The notes below the pieces were generated by a model that had not been told where the DNA came from, searched no databases, and saw nothing but the letters and a program-made list of their open reading frames with translations. Both the position numbers and the translations under genes were made by a program. A DNA stretch of 64,000 nucleotides from NCBI RefSeq assembly GCF_048403405.1, contig NZ_CP183129.1. One strand, given 5' to 3'. Below are positions 46,234 to 57,598 of the stretch, piece after piece (the stretch's first letter is position 1; every line of letters begins with the position of its first letter). This DNA comes from Escherichia coli (GTDB lineage Bacteria > Pseudomonadota > Gammaproteobacteria > Enterobacterales > Enterobacteriaceae).

Positions 46234-46755
46234 TCAGGCGTAATGCTCTGCCATTTCGTTGAGGATTTGTTCACACCAGCTCTGAATACGCTCGTCGCTA
46301 AGGTCATACTGGTTAGTTTCGTCCAGCGCCAGCCCCACGAACAGTTGCCCGTCAGCAATCACCGGTTTCGGGCTGGTAAATTCATACCCTTCCGTTGGCC
46401 AGTAGCCGACGAACTTCACGCCTTTGGTCGAGAGTTTGTCATGCAGCATACCGAGCGCATCGAGGAACCACTCGCCGTATCCCAGTTGATCGCCAAGCCC
46501 ATACAGCGCAACAATTTTACCTTCAAGGTTCAGGTCGTCGAGCTGATCCCAGACGGCTTCCCAGTCTTCCTGGATTTCACCAAAATCCCAGGTCGGGATA
46601 CCCAGAATGAGCACATCGTACTGCTCCATTAATTTCGGGGAGTCGTCCTTGAGGTTATGTAAGGTCACCAGTTCTGGGCCGATAATATCGCGGATTTTTT
46701 CTGCCGCCATTTCGGTGTAACAGGTGCTGGAACCGTAAAAAAGACCCATATTCAT
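46234..46755 (-). CDS. fldB: flavodoxin 2, 173 aa
   Basis: 173 aa [38 protein letters not shown]...; flavodoxin FMN-binding N-terminus. Confidence 0.9.
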
Positions 46756-46866
46756 AACGTAAGCTTCTCGATTCTGCTGTGGCTTTTGCGGCTAGTGTAT
46801 CAGAATCGCTTTAGTCACGGCACAATAAGGCATAATGGATCAAATGAGTGACCATAAGGGGCGCAA

Positions 46867-47763
46867 GTGAAACAGGATCTGGCACGCATCGAGCAGTTTC
46901 TTGATGCTCTGTGGCTGGAAAAAAATCTGGCTGAAAATACGTTGAACGCATACCGTCGCGATCTGTCAATGATGGTGGAGTGGTTGCATCACCGCGGGTC
47001 GACGCTGGCGACGGCGCAAAGTGACGATTTGCAGGCATTACTGGCAGAACGGCTGGAGGGCGGGTATAAAGCCACCAGCTCAGCGCGTTTGCTGAGTGCA
47101 GTGCGTCGATTGTTCCAGTATCTTTATCGCGAAAAGTTTCGTGAAGACGATCCCAGTGCGCATCTCGCTTCACCGAAATTGCCCCAGCGTTTGCCAAAAG
47201 ATTTAAGCGAAGCGCAGGTCGAACGTTTATTGCAGGCACCATTAATTGATCAGCCACTGGAGCTACGCGATAAAGCCATGCTTGAAGTGTTGTATGCTAC
47301 CGGACTGCGTGTCTCTGAACTGGTCGGGCTGACAATGAGTGATATCAGCCTGCGTCAGGGCGTAGTGCGGGTCATTGGTAAAGGCAACAAAGAGCGCCTG
47401 GTGCCGTTAGGTGAAGAGGCGGTTTACTGGCTGGAAACCTATCTGGAACATGGGCGTCCGTGGCTGCTGAATGGTGTGTCAATTGACGTGTTGTTTCCCA
47501 GCCAGCGTGCGCAGCAGATGACGCGACAGACCTTCTGGCACCGCATTAAACATTATGCCGTGCTGGCGGGTATCGACAGCGAAAAGCTGTCACCGCATGT
47601 GTTGCGTCACGCTTTTGCCACTCATTTATTAAATCATGGTGCGGATTTACGCGTGGTGCAGATGCTACTGGGCCACAGCGATCTCTCCACCACGCAAATT
47701 TATACGCATGTCGCTACCGAGCGTCTGCGGCAACTTCATCAACAGCATCACCCGCGGGCGTGA
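46867..47763 (+). CDS. xerD: site-specific tyrosine recombinase XerD, 298 aa
   Basis: 298 aa, GTG start; R..HxxR..Y catalytic residues (LRHAFATHLL, IYTHV); conserved xerD-dsbC-recJ context. Confidence 0.95.
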   Translation: MKQDLARIEQFLDALWLEKNLAENTLNAYRRDLSMMVEWLHHRGSTLATAQSDDLQALLAERLEGGYKATSSARLLSAVRRLFQYLYREKFREDDPSAHLASPKLPQRLPKDLSEAQVERLLQAPLIDQPLELRDKAMLEVLYATGLRVSELVGLTMSDISLRQGVVRVIGKGNKERLVPLGEEAVYWLETYLEHGRPWLLNGVSIDVLFPSQRAQQMTRQTFWHRIKHYAVLAGIDSEKLSPHVLRHAFATHLLNHGADLRVVQMLLGHSDLSTTQIYTHVATERLRQLHQQHHPRA

Positions 47764-47787
47764 TGTCTGAAAAGAACGGGAAGATTT

Positions 47788-48498
47788 ATGAAGAAAGGTT
47801 TTATGTTGTTTACTTTGTTAGCGGCGTTTTCAGGCTTTGCTCAGGCTGATGACGCGGCAATTCAACAAACGTTAGCCAAAATGGGCATCAAAAGCAGCGA
47901 TATTCAGCCCGCGCCCGTAGCTGGCATGAAGACAGTTCTGACTAACAGCGGTGTGTTGTACATCACCGATGATGGTAAACATATCATTCAGGGGCCAATG
48001 TATGACGTTAGTGGCACAGCTCCGGTCAATGTCACCAATAAGATGCTGTTAAAGCAGTTGAATGCGCTTGAAAAAGAGATGATCGTTTATAAAGCGCCGC
48101 AGGAAAAACACGTCATCACCGTGTTTACTGATATTACCTGTGGTTACTGCCACAAACTGCATGAGCAAATGGCAGACTACAACGCACTGGGGATCACCGT
48201 GCGTTATCTTGCTTTCCCGCGCCAGGGGCTGGACAGCGATGCAGAGAAAGAAATGAAAGCTATCTGGTGTGCGAAAGATAAAAACAAAGCGTTTGATGAT
48301 GTGATGGCAGGTAAAAGCGTCGCACCAGCCAGCTGCGACGTGGATATTGCCGACCATTACGCACTTGGCGTCCAGCTTGGCGTTAGCGGTACACCGGCAG
48401 TTGTGCTGAGCAATGGCACACTTGTTCCGGGTTACCAGCCGCCGAAAGACATGAAAGAATTCCTCGACGAACACCAAAAAATGACCAGCGGTAAATAA
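47788..48498 (+). CDS. dsbC: periplasmic disulfide isomerase DsbC, 236 aa
   Basis: 236 aa; signal peptide; active-site CGYC. Confidence 0.95.
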   Translation: MKKGFMLFTLLAAFSGFAQADDAAIQQTLAKMGIKSSDIQPAPVAGMKTVLTNSGVLYITDDGKHIIQGPMYDVSGTAPVNVTNKMLLKQLNALEKEMIVYKAPQEKHVITVFTDITCGYCHKLHEQMADYNALGITVRYLAFPRQGLDSDAEKEMKAIWCAKDKNKAFDDVMAGKSVAPASCDVDIADHYALGVQLGVSGTPAVVLSNGTLVPGYQPPKDMKEFLDEHQKMTSGK

Positions 48499-48503
48499 TT
48501 CGC

Positions 48504-50237
48504 GTGAAACAACAGATACAACTTCGTCGCCGTGAAGTCGATGAAACGGCAGACTTGCCCGCTGAATTGCCTCCCTTGCTGCGCCGTTTATACGCCAGCC
48601 GGGGAGTACGCAGTGCGCAAGAACTGGAACGCAGTGTTAAAGGTATGTTGCCCTGGCAGCAACTGAGCGGCGTCGAAAAGGCCGTTGAGATCCTTTACAA
48701 CGCTTTTCGCGAAGGAACGCGGATTATTGTGGTCGGTGATTTCGACGCCGACGGCGCGACCAGCACGGCTCTAAGCGTGCTGGCGATGCGCTCGCTTGGT
48801 TGCAGCAATATCGACTACCTGGTACCAAACCGTTTCGAAGACGGTTACGGCTTAAGCCCGGAAGTGGTCGATCAGGCCCATGCCCGTGGCGCGCAGTTAA
48901 TTGTTACCGTGGATAACGGTATTTCCTCCCATGTGGGGGTTGAACACGCTCGCTCGTTGGGCATCCCGGTTATTGTTACCGATCACCATTTGCCGGGCGA
49001 AACATTACCCGCGGCGGAAGCGATCATTAACCCTAACTTGCGCGACTGTAATTTCCCGTCGAAATCACTGGCAGGCGTGGGTGTGGCGTTTTATCTGATG
49101 CTGGCGCTGCGCACCTTTTTGCGCGATCAGGGCTGGTTTGATGAGCGCGGCATCGCAATTCCTAATCTGGCAGAACTGCTGGATCTGGTCGCGCTGGGGA
49201 CAGTAGCGGACGTCGTGCCGCTGGACGCTAATAATCGCATTCTGACCTGGCAGGGGATGAGTCGCATCCGTGCCGGAAAGTGCCGTCCGGGGATTAAAGC
49301 GCTGCTGGAAGTGGCCAATCGCGATCCACAAAAACTCGCCGCCAGCGATTTAGGTTTTGCGCTGGGGCCACGTCTCAATGCTGCCGGGCGACTGGACGAT
49401 ATGTCCGTTGGCGTGGCGCTGTTGCTGTGCGACAACATCGGCGAAGCGCGCGTGCTGGCAAATGAACTCGATGCGCTAAACCAGACGCGAAAAGAGATCG
49501 AACAGGGAATGCAAGTTGAAGCCCTGACCTTGTGCGAGAAACTGGAGCGCAGCCGCGACACGCTACCCGGCGGGCTGGCAATGTATCACCCCGAATGGCA
49601 TCAGGGCGTTGTCGGTATTCTGGCTTCGCGCATCAAAGAGCGTTTTCACCGTCCGGTTATCGCCTTTGCGCCAGCAGGTGATGGTACGCTGAAAGGTTCC
49701 GGTCGCTCCATTCAGGGGCTGCATATGCGTGATGCGCTGGAGCGATTAGACACACTCTACCCTGGCATGATGCTGAAGTTTGGCGGTCATGCGATGGCGG
49801 CGGGTTTGTCGCTGGAAGAGGATAAATTCGAACTCTTTCAACAACGGTTTGGCGAACTGGTTACTGAGTGGCTGGACCCTTCGCTATTGCAAGGCGAAGT
49901 GGTGTCAGACGGTCCGTTAAGCCCGGCCGAAATGACCATGGAAGTGGCGCAGCTGCTGCGCGATGCTGGCCCGTGGGGGCAGATGTTCCCGGAGCCGCTT
50001 TTTGACGGTCATTTCCGTCTGCTGCAACAGCGGCTGGTGGGCGAACGTCATTTGAAAGTGATGGTCGAACCGGTCGGCGGCGGTCCACTGCTGGATGGTA
50101 TTGCTTTTAATGTCGATACCGCCCTCTGGCCGGATAACGGCGTGCGCGAAGTGCAACTGGCTTACAAGCTCGATATCAACGAGTTTCGCGGCAACCGCAG
50201 CCTGCAAATTATCATCGACAATATCTGGCCTGTCTGA
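48504..50237 (+). CDS. recJ: ssDNA 5'-3' exonuclease RecJ, 577 aa
   Basis: 577 aa, GTG start; DHH motifs (VVGDFDADG, DHH at TDHHLPG). Confidence 0.95.
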   Translation: MKQQIQLRRREVDETADLPAELPPLLRRLYASRGVRSAQELERSVKGMLPWQQLSGVEKAVEILYNAFREGTRIIVVGDFDADGATSTALSVLAMRSLGCSNIDYLVPNRFEDGYGLSPEVVDQAHARGAQLIVTVDNGISSHVGVEHARSLGIPVIVTDHHLPGETLPAAEAIINPNLRDCNFPSKSLAGVGVAFYLMLALRTFLRDQGWFDERGIAIPNLAELLDLVALGTVADVVPLDANNRILTWQGMSRIRAGKCRPGIKALLEVANRDPQKLAASDLGFALGPRLNAAGRLDDMSVGVALLLCDNIGEARVLANELDALNQTRKEIEQGMQVEALTLCEKLERSRDTLPGGLAMYHPEWHQGVVGILASRIKERFHRPVIAFAPAGDGTLKGSGRSIQGLHMRDALERLDTLYPGMMLKFGGHAMAAGLSLEEDKFELFQQRFGELVTEWLDPSLLQGEVVSDGPLSPAEMTMEVAQLLRDAGPWGQMFPEPLFDGHFRLLQQRLVGERHLKVMVEPVGGGPLLDGIAFNVDTALWPDNGVREVQLAYKLDINEFRGNRSLQIIIDNIWPV

Positions 50238-50328
50238 CGAATTTAGTATGTATAAAATTGAGCCGGGATCCGGTACAATCCCGCTCTTATCACCGCATTT
50301 TGACTAGCTCAATAAAAGAAATCAGACC

Positions 50329-51427
50329 ATGTTTGAAATTAATCCGGTAAATAATCGCATTCAGGACCTCACGGAACGCTCCGACGTTCTTAGGGGGTAT
50401 CTTTGACTATGACGCCAAGAAAGAGCGTCTGGAAGAAGTAAACGCCGAGCTGGAACAGCCGGATGTCTGGAACGAACCCGAACGCGCACAGGCGCTGGGT
50501 AAAGAGCGTTCCTCCCTTGAAGCCGTTGTCGATACCCTCGACCAAATGAAACAGGGGCTGGAAGATGTTTCTGGTCTGCTGGAACTGGCTGTAGAAGCTG
50601 ACGACGAAGAAACCTTTAACGAAGCCGTTGCTGAACTCGACGCTCTGGAAGAAAAACTGGCGCAGCTTGAGTTCCGCCGTATGTTCTCTGGCGAATATGA
50701 CAGCGCCGACTGCTACCTCGATATTCAGGCGGGCTCTGGCGGTACGGAAGCACAGGACTGGGCGAGCATGCTTGAGCGTATGTATCTGCGCTGGGCAGAA
50801 TCGCGTGGTTTCAAAACTGAAATCATCGAAGAGTCGGAAGGTGAAGTGGCGGGTATTAAATCCGTGACGATCAAAATCTCCGGCGATTACGCTTACGGCT
50901 GGCTGCGTACAGAAACTGGCGTTCACCGCCTGGTGCGTAAGAGCCCGTTTGACTCCGGCGGTCGTCGCCACACGTCGTTCAGCTCTGCGTTTGTTTACCC
51001 GGAAGTTGATGATGATATTGATATCGAAATCAACCCGGCGGATCTGCGCATTGACGTTTATCGCGCGTCCGGCGCGGGCGGTCAGCACGTTAACCGTACC
51101 GAATCTGCGGTGCGTATTACTCACATCCCGACCGGGATCGTGACCCAGTGCCAGAACGACCGTTCCCAGCACAAGAACAAAGACCAGGCCATGAAGCAGA
51201 TGAAAGCGAAGCTTTATGAACTGGAGATGCAGAAGAAAAATGCCGAGAAACAGGCGATGGAAGATAATAAATCCGACATCGGCTGGGGCAGCCAGATTCG
51301 TTCTTATGTCCTTGATGACTCCCGCATTAAAGATCTGCGCACCGGGGTAGAAACCCGCAACACGCAGGCCGTGCTGGACGGCAGCCTGGATCAATTTATC
51401 GAAGCAAGTTTGAAAGCAGGGTTATGA
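50329..51427 (+). CDS. prfB: peptide chain release factor 2 with programmed +1 ribosomal frameshift (365 aa)
   Basis: Frame-0 ORF from ATG 50329 ([25 protein letters not shown]) hits in-frame TGA at 50404-50406 within AGGGGGTATCTTTGAC; the +1 frame from 50405 continues as [22 protein letters not shown]... to the end of the ORF-track ORF (50546..51427); GGQ motif present. Confidence 0.92.
50390..50410 (+). promoter_or_regulatory. prfB autoregulatory frameshift site (internal SD + CUU UGA C)
   Basis: AGGGGG (SD-like) 3 nt upstream of CTT TGA C at 50401-50407. Confidence 0.9.
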
Positions 51428-51436
51428 GGAACCAAC

Positions 51437-52954
51437 ATGTCTGAACAACACGCACAGGGCGCTGACGCGGTAGTCGATCTTAACAATGAACTGAAAACGC
51501 GTCGTGAGAAGCTGGCGAACCTGCGCGAGCAGGGGATTGCCTTCCCGAACGATTTCCGTCGCGATCATACCTCTGACCAATTGCACGCAGAATTCGACGG
51601 TAAAGAGAACGAAGAACTGGAAGCGCTGAACATCGAAGTCGCCGTTGCTGGCCGCATGATGACCCGCCGTATTATGGGTAAAGCGTCTTTCGTTACCCTG
51701 CAGGATGTGGGTGGCCGCATTCAGCTGTACGTTGCCCGTGACGATCTGCCGGAAGGCGTTTACAATGAGCAGTTCAAAAAATGGGACCTCGGCGACATCC
51801 TCGGCGCGAAAGGTAAACTGTTCAAAACCAAAACCGGCGAACTGTCTATCCACTGCACCGAGCTGCGTCTGCTGACCAAAGCACTGCGTCCGCTGCCGGA
51901 CAAATTCCACGGCTTGCAGGATCAGGAAGCGCGCTATCGTCAGCGTTATCTGGATCTCATCTCTAACGATGAATCCCGCAACACCTTTAAAGTGCGCTCG
52001 CAGATCCTCTCTGGTATTCGCCAGTTCATGGTGAACCGCGGCTTTATGGAAGTTGAAACGCCGATGATGCAGGTGATCCCTGGCGGTGCCGCTGCGCGTC
52101 CGTTTATCACCCACCATAACGCGCTGGATCTCGACATGTACCTGCGTATCGCGCCGGAACTGTACCTCAAGCGTCTGGTGGTTGGTGGCTTCGAGCGTGT
52201 ATTCGAAATCAACCGTAACTTCCGTAACGAAGGTATTTCCGTACGTCATAACCCAGAGTTCACCATGATGGAACTCTATATGGCTTACGCAGATTACAAA
52301 GATCTGATCGAGCTGACCGAATCGCTGTTCCGTACTCTGGCACAGGATATTCTCGGTAAGACGGAAGTGACCTACGGCGACGTAACGCTGGACTTCGGTA
52401 AACCGTTCGAAAAACTGACCATGCGTGAAGCGATCAAGAAATATCGCCCGGAAACCGACATGGCAGATCTGGACAACTTCGACTCTGCGAAAGCGATTGC
52501 TGAATCTATCGGCATCCACGTTGAGAAGAGCTGGGGTCTGGGCCGTATCGTTACCGAGATCTTCGAAGAAGTGGCAGAAGCACATCTGATTCAGCCGACC
52601 TTCATTACTGAATATCCAGCAGAAGTTTCTCCGCTGGCGCGTCGTAACGACGTTAACCCGGAAATCACAGACCGCTTTGAGTTCTTTATCGGTGGTCGTG
52701 AAATCGGTAACGGCTTTAGCGAGCTGAATGACGCGGAAGATCAGGCGCAACGCTTCCTGGATCAGGTTGCCGCGAAAGATGCAGGTGACGACGAAGCGAT
52801 GTTCTACGACGAAGATTACGTCACCGCACTGGAACATGGCTTACCGCCGACAGCAGGTCTGGGAATTGGTATCGACCGTATGGTAATGCTGTTCACCAAC
52901 AGCCATACCATCCGCGACGTTATTCTGTTCCCGGCGATGCGTCCGGTGAAATAA
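51437..52954 (+). CDS. lysS: lysyl-tRNA synthetase (constitutive), 505 aa
   Basis: 505 aa [53 protein letters not shown]... Confidence 0.95.
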
Positions 52955-52973
52955 GCATTACGTTATGCTCACA

Positions 52974-52998
52974 ACCCCGGCAAATGTCGGGGTTTTTT
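52974..52998 (+). terminator. lysS terminator
   Basis: ACCCCGG-caaatgt-CGGGGT followed by TTTTTT; overlaps the 3' end of convergent idi. Confidence 0.65.
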
Positions 52999-53545
52999 AA
53001 TTGTGCTGCGCGAAAGCAGACAACAATTTTCTTGCTTCACTATTGGCTGCCTGCATCACCATCCACGGACTGAACGCCCACGGCGTGGCATCAATACCGC
53101 GTAATACATCTGCTAAATCACACCATTGATAATCCATCACTTCATCATCGTTGATCTGTAATGCACTGGTCGTGCGTGCGGCAAATACCGGACACACTTC
53201 ATTTTCCACAATGCCATTCGGATCGGTGGCGCGATAGCGAAAGTCAGGATAGATAGATTCAGGAGGCGTAATTTCCACGCCAAGCTCATAACGGCAACGG
53301 CGGATCACCGCGTCTTCGTTGCTTTCTCCCTGTTGTGGGTGCCCACAAACCGAGTTAGTCCACACGCCAGGCCATGCTTTTTTGCTCAGTGTGCGGCGGG
53401 TAACTAATAATTGCCCCTTGGCATTAAACAGCCAACTGGAGAACGCGAGATGTAAGAGGGTGTCTGCCGTGTGTGCGGCATACTTTTCCAGCGTACCCGT
53501 GGGAACTCCCTGTGCATTCAATAAAATGACGTGTTCCGTTTGCAT
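52997..53545 (-). CDS. idi: isopentenyl-diphosphate delta-isomerase (Nudix), 182 aa
   Basis: 182 aa [51 protein letters not shown]... Confidence 0.9.
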   Translation of the reverse strand: MQTEHVILLNAQGVPTGTLEKYAAHTADTLLHLAFSSWLFNAKGQLLVTRRTLSKKAWPGVWTNSVCGHPQQGESNEDAVIRRCRYELGVEITPPESIYPDFRYRATDPNGIVENEVCPVFAARTTSALQINDDEVMDYQWCDLADVLRGIDATPWAFSPWMVMQAANSEARKLLSAFAQHN

Positions 53546-53667
53546 AATTTCTCACATGTAATTCTAATCACTCATCATTATAGATAATTGAAGAGTGAAA
53601 TGATTAACCAAGTGAGCGTTTATCGACAACCGCCCGTTTTGAGCGGATGTCGACAGGTAAAAACCAT

Positions 53668-53793
53668 TTAAAAAAGCAGCATCATATATTTGAAGCGACT
53701 TTCAATGGCCATTGCAACACAGTCAGAAATGACAGGAATAGAGAGAGTAAAAAGCAACAACAGACTGAATATAGCGCGCATTAAAAGATTCAT
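53668..53793 (-). CDS. small hydrophobic protein (41 aa), possibly YqfG-like
   Basis: Minus-strand ATG (plus 53791-53793) 1 nt after the uacT stop; 41 codons to TAA (plus 53668-53670): MNLLMRAIFSLLLLFTLSIPVISDCVAMAIESRFKYMMLLF; below ORF-track cutoff; I recall a 41-aa small protein near idi in K-12 but cannot verify. Confidence 0.4.
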   Translation of the reverse strand: MNLLMRAIFSLLLLFTLSIPVISDCVAMAIESRFKYMMLLF

Positions 53794-53794
53794 A

Positions 53795-55243
53795 TTATTC
53801 TCCATGCTCATTTTTCTTCAGCTTGCGCATCAGAAGCCACATACGTACTGTCCTGACTTTTAAATCTTTATCAGAGACGGATTCCTTCACCAGATCAGCA
53901 TGATGCTGATAGCCATTAAAGAAGACGTTCAGCACAACGGCGCTAAGGGTTGCGAGCATAATGCCGCTATGCAGCAACGGTTGCAGTACGGCCGGTAACT
54001 TAGAAAAGAAATCGTGAGAGAGCGTCGGAGTCATGCCAACGCCGAGACTGATCGCCACAATATAGAGGTTGTAACGATTGGTGGTGTAGTTACAGCGCGA
54101 CAGAATTCGAATCCCTGTCGCCAGTACCATGCCGAACATCACCAGCCCAGCACCGCCCAGCACAAATTGCGGAATGGAGGCGACCAGCACCGCCATTTTT
54201 GGCACCATGCCAAACAGGATTAATATAATTCCCGAAGAAATACACACCCAGCGGCTATGAACGCGCGTCACGCTAACCAGGCCAACGTTTTGAGAAAATG
54301 ACGTGTGGGGAAAGCTGTTAAACGTTCCGCCTATCATTGTCCCTACGCCATCGACACGCAGCCCGCGAATAATATCGTGTGAAGAGAGTTTACGACCGAC
54401 TATTTCACCCAGTGCCAGGAACATCCCCATCGACTCGATAAACACGATGATTAACACGGCAGTCATGGTCAGAATGGAAACGGGATCGAAAATCGGCATA
54501 CCAAATGACATCGGCGTGACAATCGCAAACCATGAAGCATCATGTAGCCCGGATAAATTGACTTCATTCATCATCCACGAAAGTAAAAAGCCAAATACAA
54601 TCCCCAGTAATACGGCGACGTTGGACATAAATCCTTTCGCATAGCGAGTAATGAGCAAGATAAAAATTAAGACGGCAAAGGAGATACCTAAATAAACGGG
54701 ATTACCATATTGCGGATTCCCTTTACCTCCGGCGGCCCAGTCAATACCCACCTGAATGATGCTAAGCCCGATAGAAGTAATCACAACACCGGTAACCAGT
54801 GGCGGGAATAAAGGCATCAAGCGACCGATAAGTGGCGCTAATAATGTGGTGATAAAACCCGCGGCGATAGTGGCACCGAATATCCCCAGCAGGCCGATAT
54901 CCGGGTTCATGCCAATGGCTATCATTGGTGTTACAGCGGCGAAGGTCACCGACATAATCACCGGCAGGCGGATCCCCATAAAGCGGCCGATACCGATACA
55001 TTGCAATAATGTGACGATCCCGCAGCAAAAGAGATCCGAGCTAATGAGCATCGCAATAGCTTCTTTTGAGAGGCCCAGTCGGTCACCAATCATAAGAGGA
55101 ACAGCGACTGCACCTGCGTACATGACAAGGACGTGTTGCAGACCGAGTATGATCAGCTTTCCTGGTGATAATATGCGGTCAACCTCATCAGTTGGGCGGT
55201 CTTGCCCTGAAGATGAGGGAAGTTGGGAATCTATGGCGCTCAT
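53795..55243 (-). CDS. uacT: uric acid/xanthine permease (NCS2/NAT family), 482 aa
   Basis: Internal ATG gives MSAIDSQLPSSSGQDRPTDEVDRILSPGKLIILGLQHVLVMYAGAVAVPL...; ORF-track 525 aa over-extended. Confidence 0.88.
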   Translation of the reverse strand: MSAIDSQLPSSSGQDRPTDEVDRILSPGKLIILGLQHVLVMYAGAVAVPLMIGDRLGLSKEAIAMLISSDLFCCGIVTLLQCIGIGRFMGIRLPVIMSVTFAAVTPMIAIGMNPDIGLLGIFGATIAAGFITTLLAPLIGRLMPLFPPLVTGVVITSIGLSIIQVGIDWAAGGKGNPQYGNPVYLGISFAVLIFILLITRYAKGFMSNVAVLLGIVFGFLLSWMMNEVNLSGLHDASWFAIVTPMSFGMPIFDPVSILTMTAVLIIVFIESMGMFLALGEIVGRKLSSHDIIRGLRVDGVGTMIGGTFNSFPHTSFSQNVGLVSVTRVHSRWVCISSGIILILFGMVPKMAVLVASIPQFVLGGAGLVMFGMVLATGIRILSRCNYTTNRYNLYIVAISLGVGMTPTLSHDFFSKLPAVLQPLLHSGIMLATLSAVVLNVFFNGYQHHADLVKESVSDKDLKVRTVRMWLLMRKLKKNEHGE

Positions 55244-55678
55244 CAGTGTTTCTCCTTTCGCCCGCCAGAGTAAAAAGCAACCGTTTACGTTAATGAAACT
55301 GTCTAAACACATGCTCGTGGAGTGCCAGTTTTTGCGAGGAAGGGGAGTTAGAGACAGGAATTGCGGAGGCAATCACATAATCGTGGTTAAACCACGAAAA
55401 TGAGAAGAGAACCTGACAATGGAATTATCTGTAATTTTCTCATATTGATATTTCATTAATCATTCTGGCATGTCGCACTCTCGCATTTAATCGTTTTTAT
55501 CTGGATAGCGCTCTTTTGGTCGGCAATGTTGAAGTAATGAAAGCGGCACAGATTGAGGGGCAATAATTTGAACTCAGTCGCAAAATTATAATTAAATCGG
55601 CCATGCTACCTAATATATGCCCATTTATTGCATCGCGAAATTTGAGAAGACATAACTCATTAAATGAAAGGGATGCAA

Positions 55679-57598
55679 ATGAATAAGTTTATCGCTGCTG
55701 AAGCTGCGGAATGTATAGGCTGTCATGCTTGTGAAATTGCCTGTGCGATGGCACATAATCAAGAAAACTGGCCGCTGAGTCACAGTGACTTTCGACCGCG
55801 TATCCACGTTGTAGGGAAAGGCCAGGCTGCGAATCCGGTGGCCTGCCATCACTGCAACAATGCCCCTTGCGTTACGGCTTGTCCGGTTAATGCTCTGACT
55901 TTCCAGCCCGATAGCGTACAACTGGACGAGCAAAAATGTATTGGTTGTAAAAGATGCGCAATCGCTTGCCCCTTTGGCGTCGTTGAGATGGTCGATACGA
56001 TTGCGCAGAAATGCGACCTTTGTAACCAGCGCAGTTCCGGCACGCAAGCCTGTATTGAAGTCTGCCCAACACAGGCGTTACGGCTGATGGACGATAAAGG
56101 GTTGCAGCAGATAAAGGTGGCCCGCCAGCGCAAAACGGCAGCAGGAAAAGCGTCATCAGACGCTCACCCATCTCGCAGTGCAGCGTTGCTCCCCGTTAAC
56201 TCGCGTAAAGGCGCAGATAAAATTTCAGCGAGTGAACGGAAAACCCACTTTGGCGAAATCTATTACGGGCTGGATCCACAACAAGCGACTTATGAGAGTG
56301 ACCGCTGTGTTTATTGCGCCGAAAAAGCTAACTGCAACTGGCATTGCCCGCTGCATAACGCTATTCCGGATTACATCCGTCTGGTGCAGGAAGGAAAGAT
56401 TATTGAAGCGGCAGAACTTTGCCACCAGACCAGTTCCTTACCAGAAATCTGCGGCAGGGTATGTCCACAGGACCGTCTTTGTGAAGGCGCATGTACTTTG
56501 AAAGATCACTCTGGCGCAGTCACTATCGGTAATCTGGAACGCTACATCACCGATACCGCGCTGGCGATGGGCTGGCGTCCCGATGTCAGCAAAGTTGTTC
56601 CCCGTAGCGAAAAAGTGGCGGTGATTGGCGCAGGGCCTGCAGGGTTAGGGTGTGCTGATATTCTGGCGCGCGCAGGAGTTCAGGTTGATGTCTTTGATCG
56701 CCATCCAGAAATTGGCGGTATGCTGACTTTTGGCATACCTCCTTTCAAACTCGATAAAACGGTATTAAGCCAGCGGCGAGAGATATTCACCGCAATGGGA
56801 ATCGACTTTCATCTTAATTGTGAAATTGGCCGCGATATTACCTTTGGCGATTTAACTTCTGAATATGATGCAGTTTTCATCGGCGTGGGGACTTACGGGA
56901 TGATGCGAGCAGATCTGCCGCATGAAGATGCGCCCGGTGTCATTCAGGCTCTACCGTTCCTGACTGCCCATACCCGCCAGCTCATGGGGTTGCCGGAGTC
57001 TGAAGAGTATCCGCTGACGGATGTGGAAGGTAAGCGAGTCGTGGTATTGGGCGGTGGCGATACGACCATGGATTGTTTGCGGACTTCCATCCGCCTCAAT
57101 GCCGCCAGCGTGACCTGCGCGTATCGTCGTGATGAAGTCAGTATGCCGGGCTCGCGCAAAGAGGTGGTCAATGCGCGCGAGGAAGGTGTCGAGTTTCAGT
57201 TCAATGTTCAGCCGCAATATATCGCTTGTGACGAAGATGGGCGTTTAACTGCGGTGGGCCTGATTCGTACAGCCATGGGTGAGCCGGGGCCGGATGGTCG
57301 CCGTCGTCCTCGTCCGGTAGCGGGTTCAGAGTTTGAATTGCCCGCCGATGTTCTCATTATGGCCTTTGGTTTCCAGGCGCATGCCATGCCGTGGTTGCAG
57401 GGCAGCGGAATTAAACTCGATAAATGGGGCCTGATTCAAACCGGTGACGTCGGGTATTTACCTACCCAGACGCATCTGAAAAAAGTCTTTGCTGGTGGTG
57501 ATGCTGTTCATGGCGCGGATCTGGTTGTCACTGCAATGGCCGCAGGAAGGCAGGCGGCGCGCGATATGTTAACTCTGTTTGATACGAAGGCATCGTGA
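55679..57598 (+). CDS. ygfT: Fe-S ferredoxin domain fused to pyridine-nucleotide-disulfide oxidoreductase (GltD-like), 639 aa
   Basis: [26 protein letters not shown]... multiple CxxCxxCxxxCP motifs then NAD/FAD Rossmann GxGxxG ([12 protein letters not shown]). Confidence 0.85.
   Translation: MNKFIAAEAAECIGCHACEIACAMAHNQENWPLSHSDFRPRIHVVGKGQAANPVACHHCNNAPCVTACPVNALTFQPDSVQLDEQKCIGCKRCAIACPFGVVEMVDTIAQKCDLCNQRSSGTQACIEVCPTQALRLMDDKGLQQIKVARQRKTAAGKASSDAHPSRSAALLPVNSRKGADKISASERKTHFGEIYYGLDPQQATYESDRCVYCAEKANCNWHCPLHNAIPDYIRLVQEGKIIEAAELCHQTSSLPEICGRVCPQDRLCEGACTLKDHSGAVTIGNLERYITDTALAMGWRPDVSKVVPRSEKVAVIGAGPAGLGCADILARAGVQVDVFDRHPEIGGMLTFGIPPFKLDKTVLSQRREIFTAMGIDFHLNCEIGRDITFGDLTSEYDAVFIGVGTYGMMRADLPHEDAPGVIQALPFLTAHTRQLMGLPESEEYPLTDVEGKRVVVLGGGDTTMDCLRTSIRLNAASVTCAYRRDEVSMPGSRKEVVNAREEGVEFQFNVQPQYIACDEDGRLTAVGLIRTAMGEPGPDGRRRPRPVAGSEFELPADVLIMAFGFQAHAMPWLQGSGIKLDKWGLIQTGDVGYLPTQTHLKKVFAGGDAVHGADLVVTAMAAGRQAARDMLTLFDTKAS

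Noticed and set aside
46867-47763. Tyrosine recombinase considered as a marker of a mobile element or integron
   Set aside because: Sequence and conserved xerD-dsbC-recJ context identify the housekeeping chromosome-dimer resolvase XerD; no att-like repeats or cargo genes flank it.
50390-52837. Minus-strand ORFs of 334 aa (50390..51394) and 471 aa (51422..52837) antisense to prfB and lysS
   Set aside because: Antisense to essential translation genes with full-length sense products; no plausible start context.
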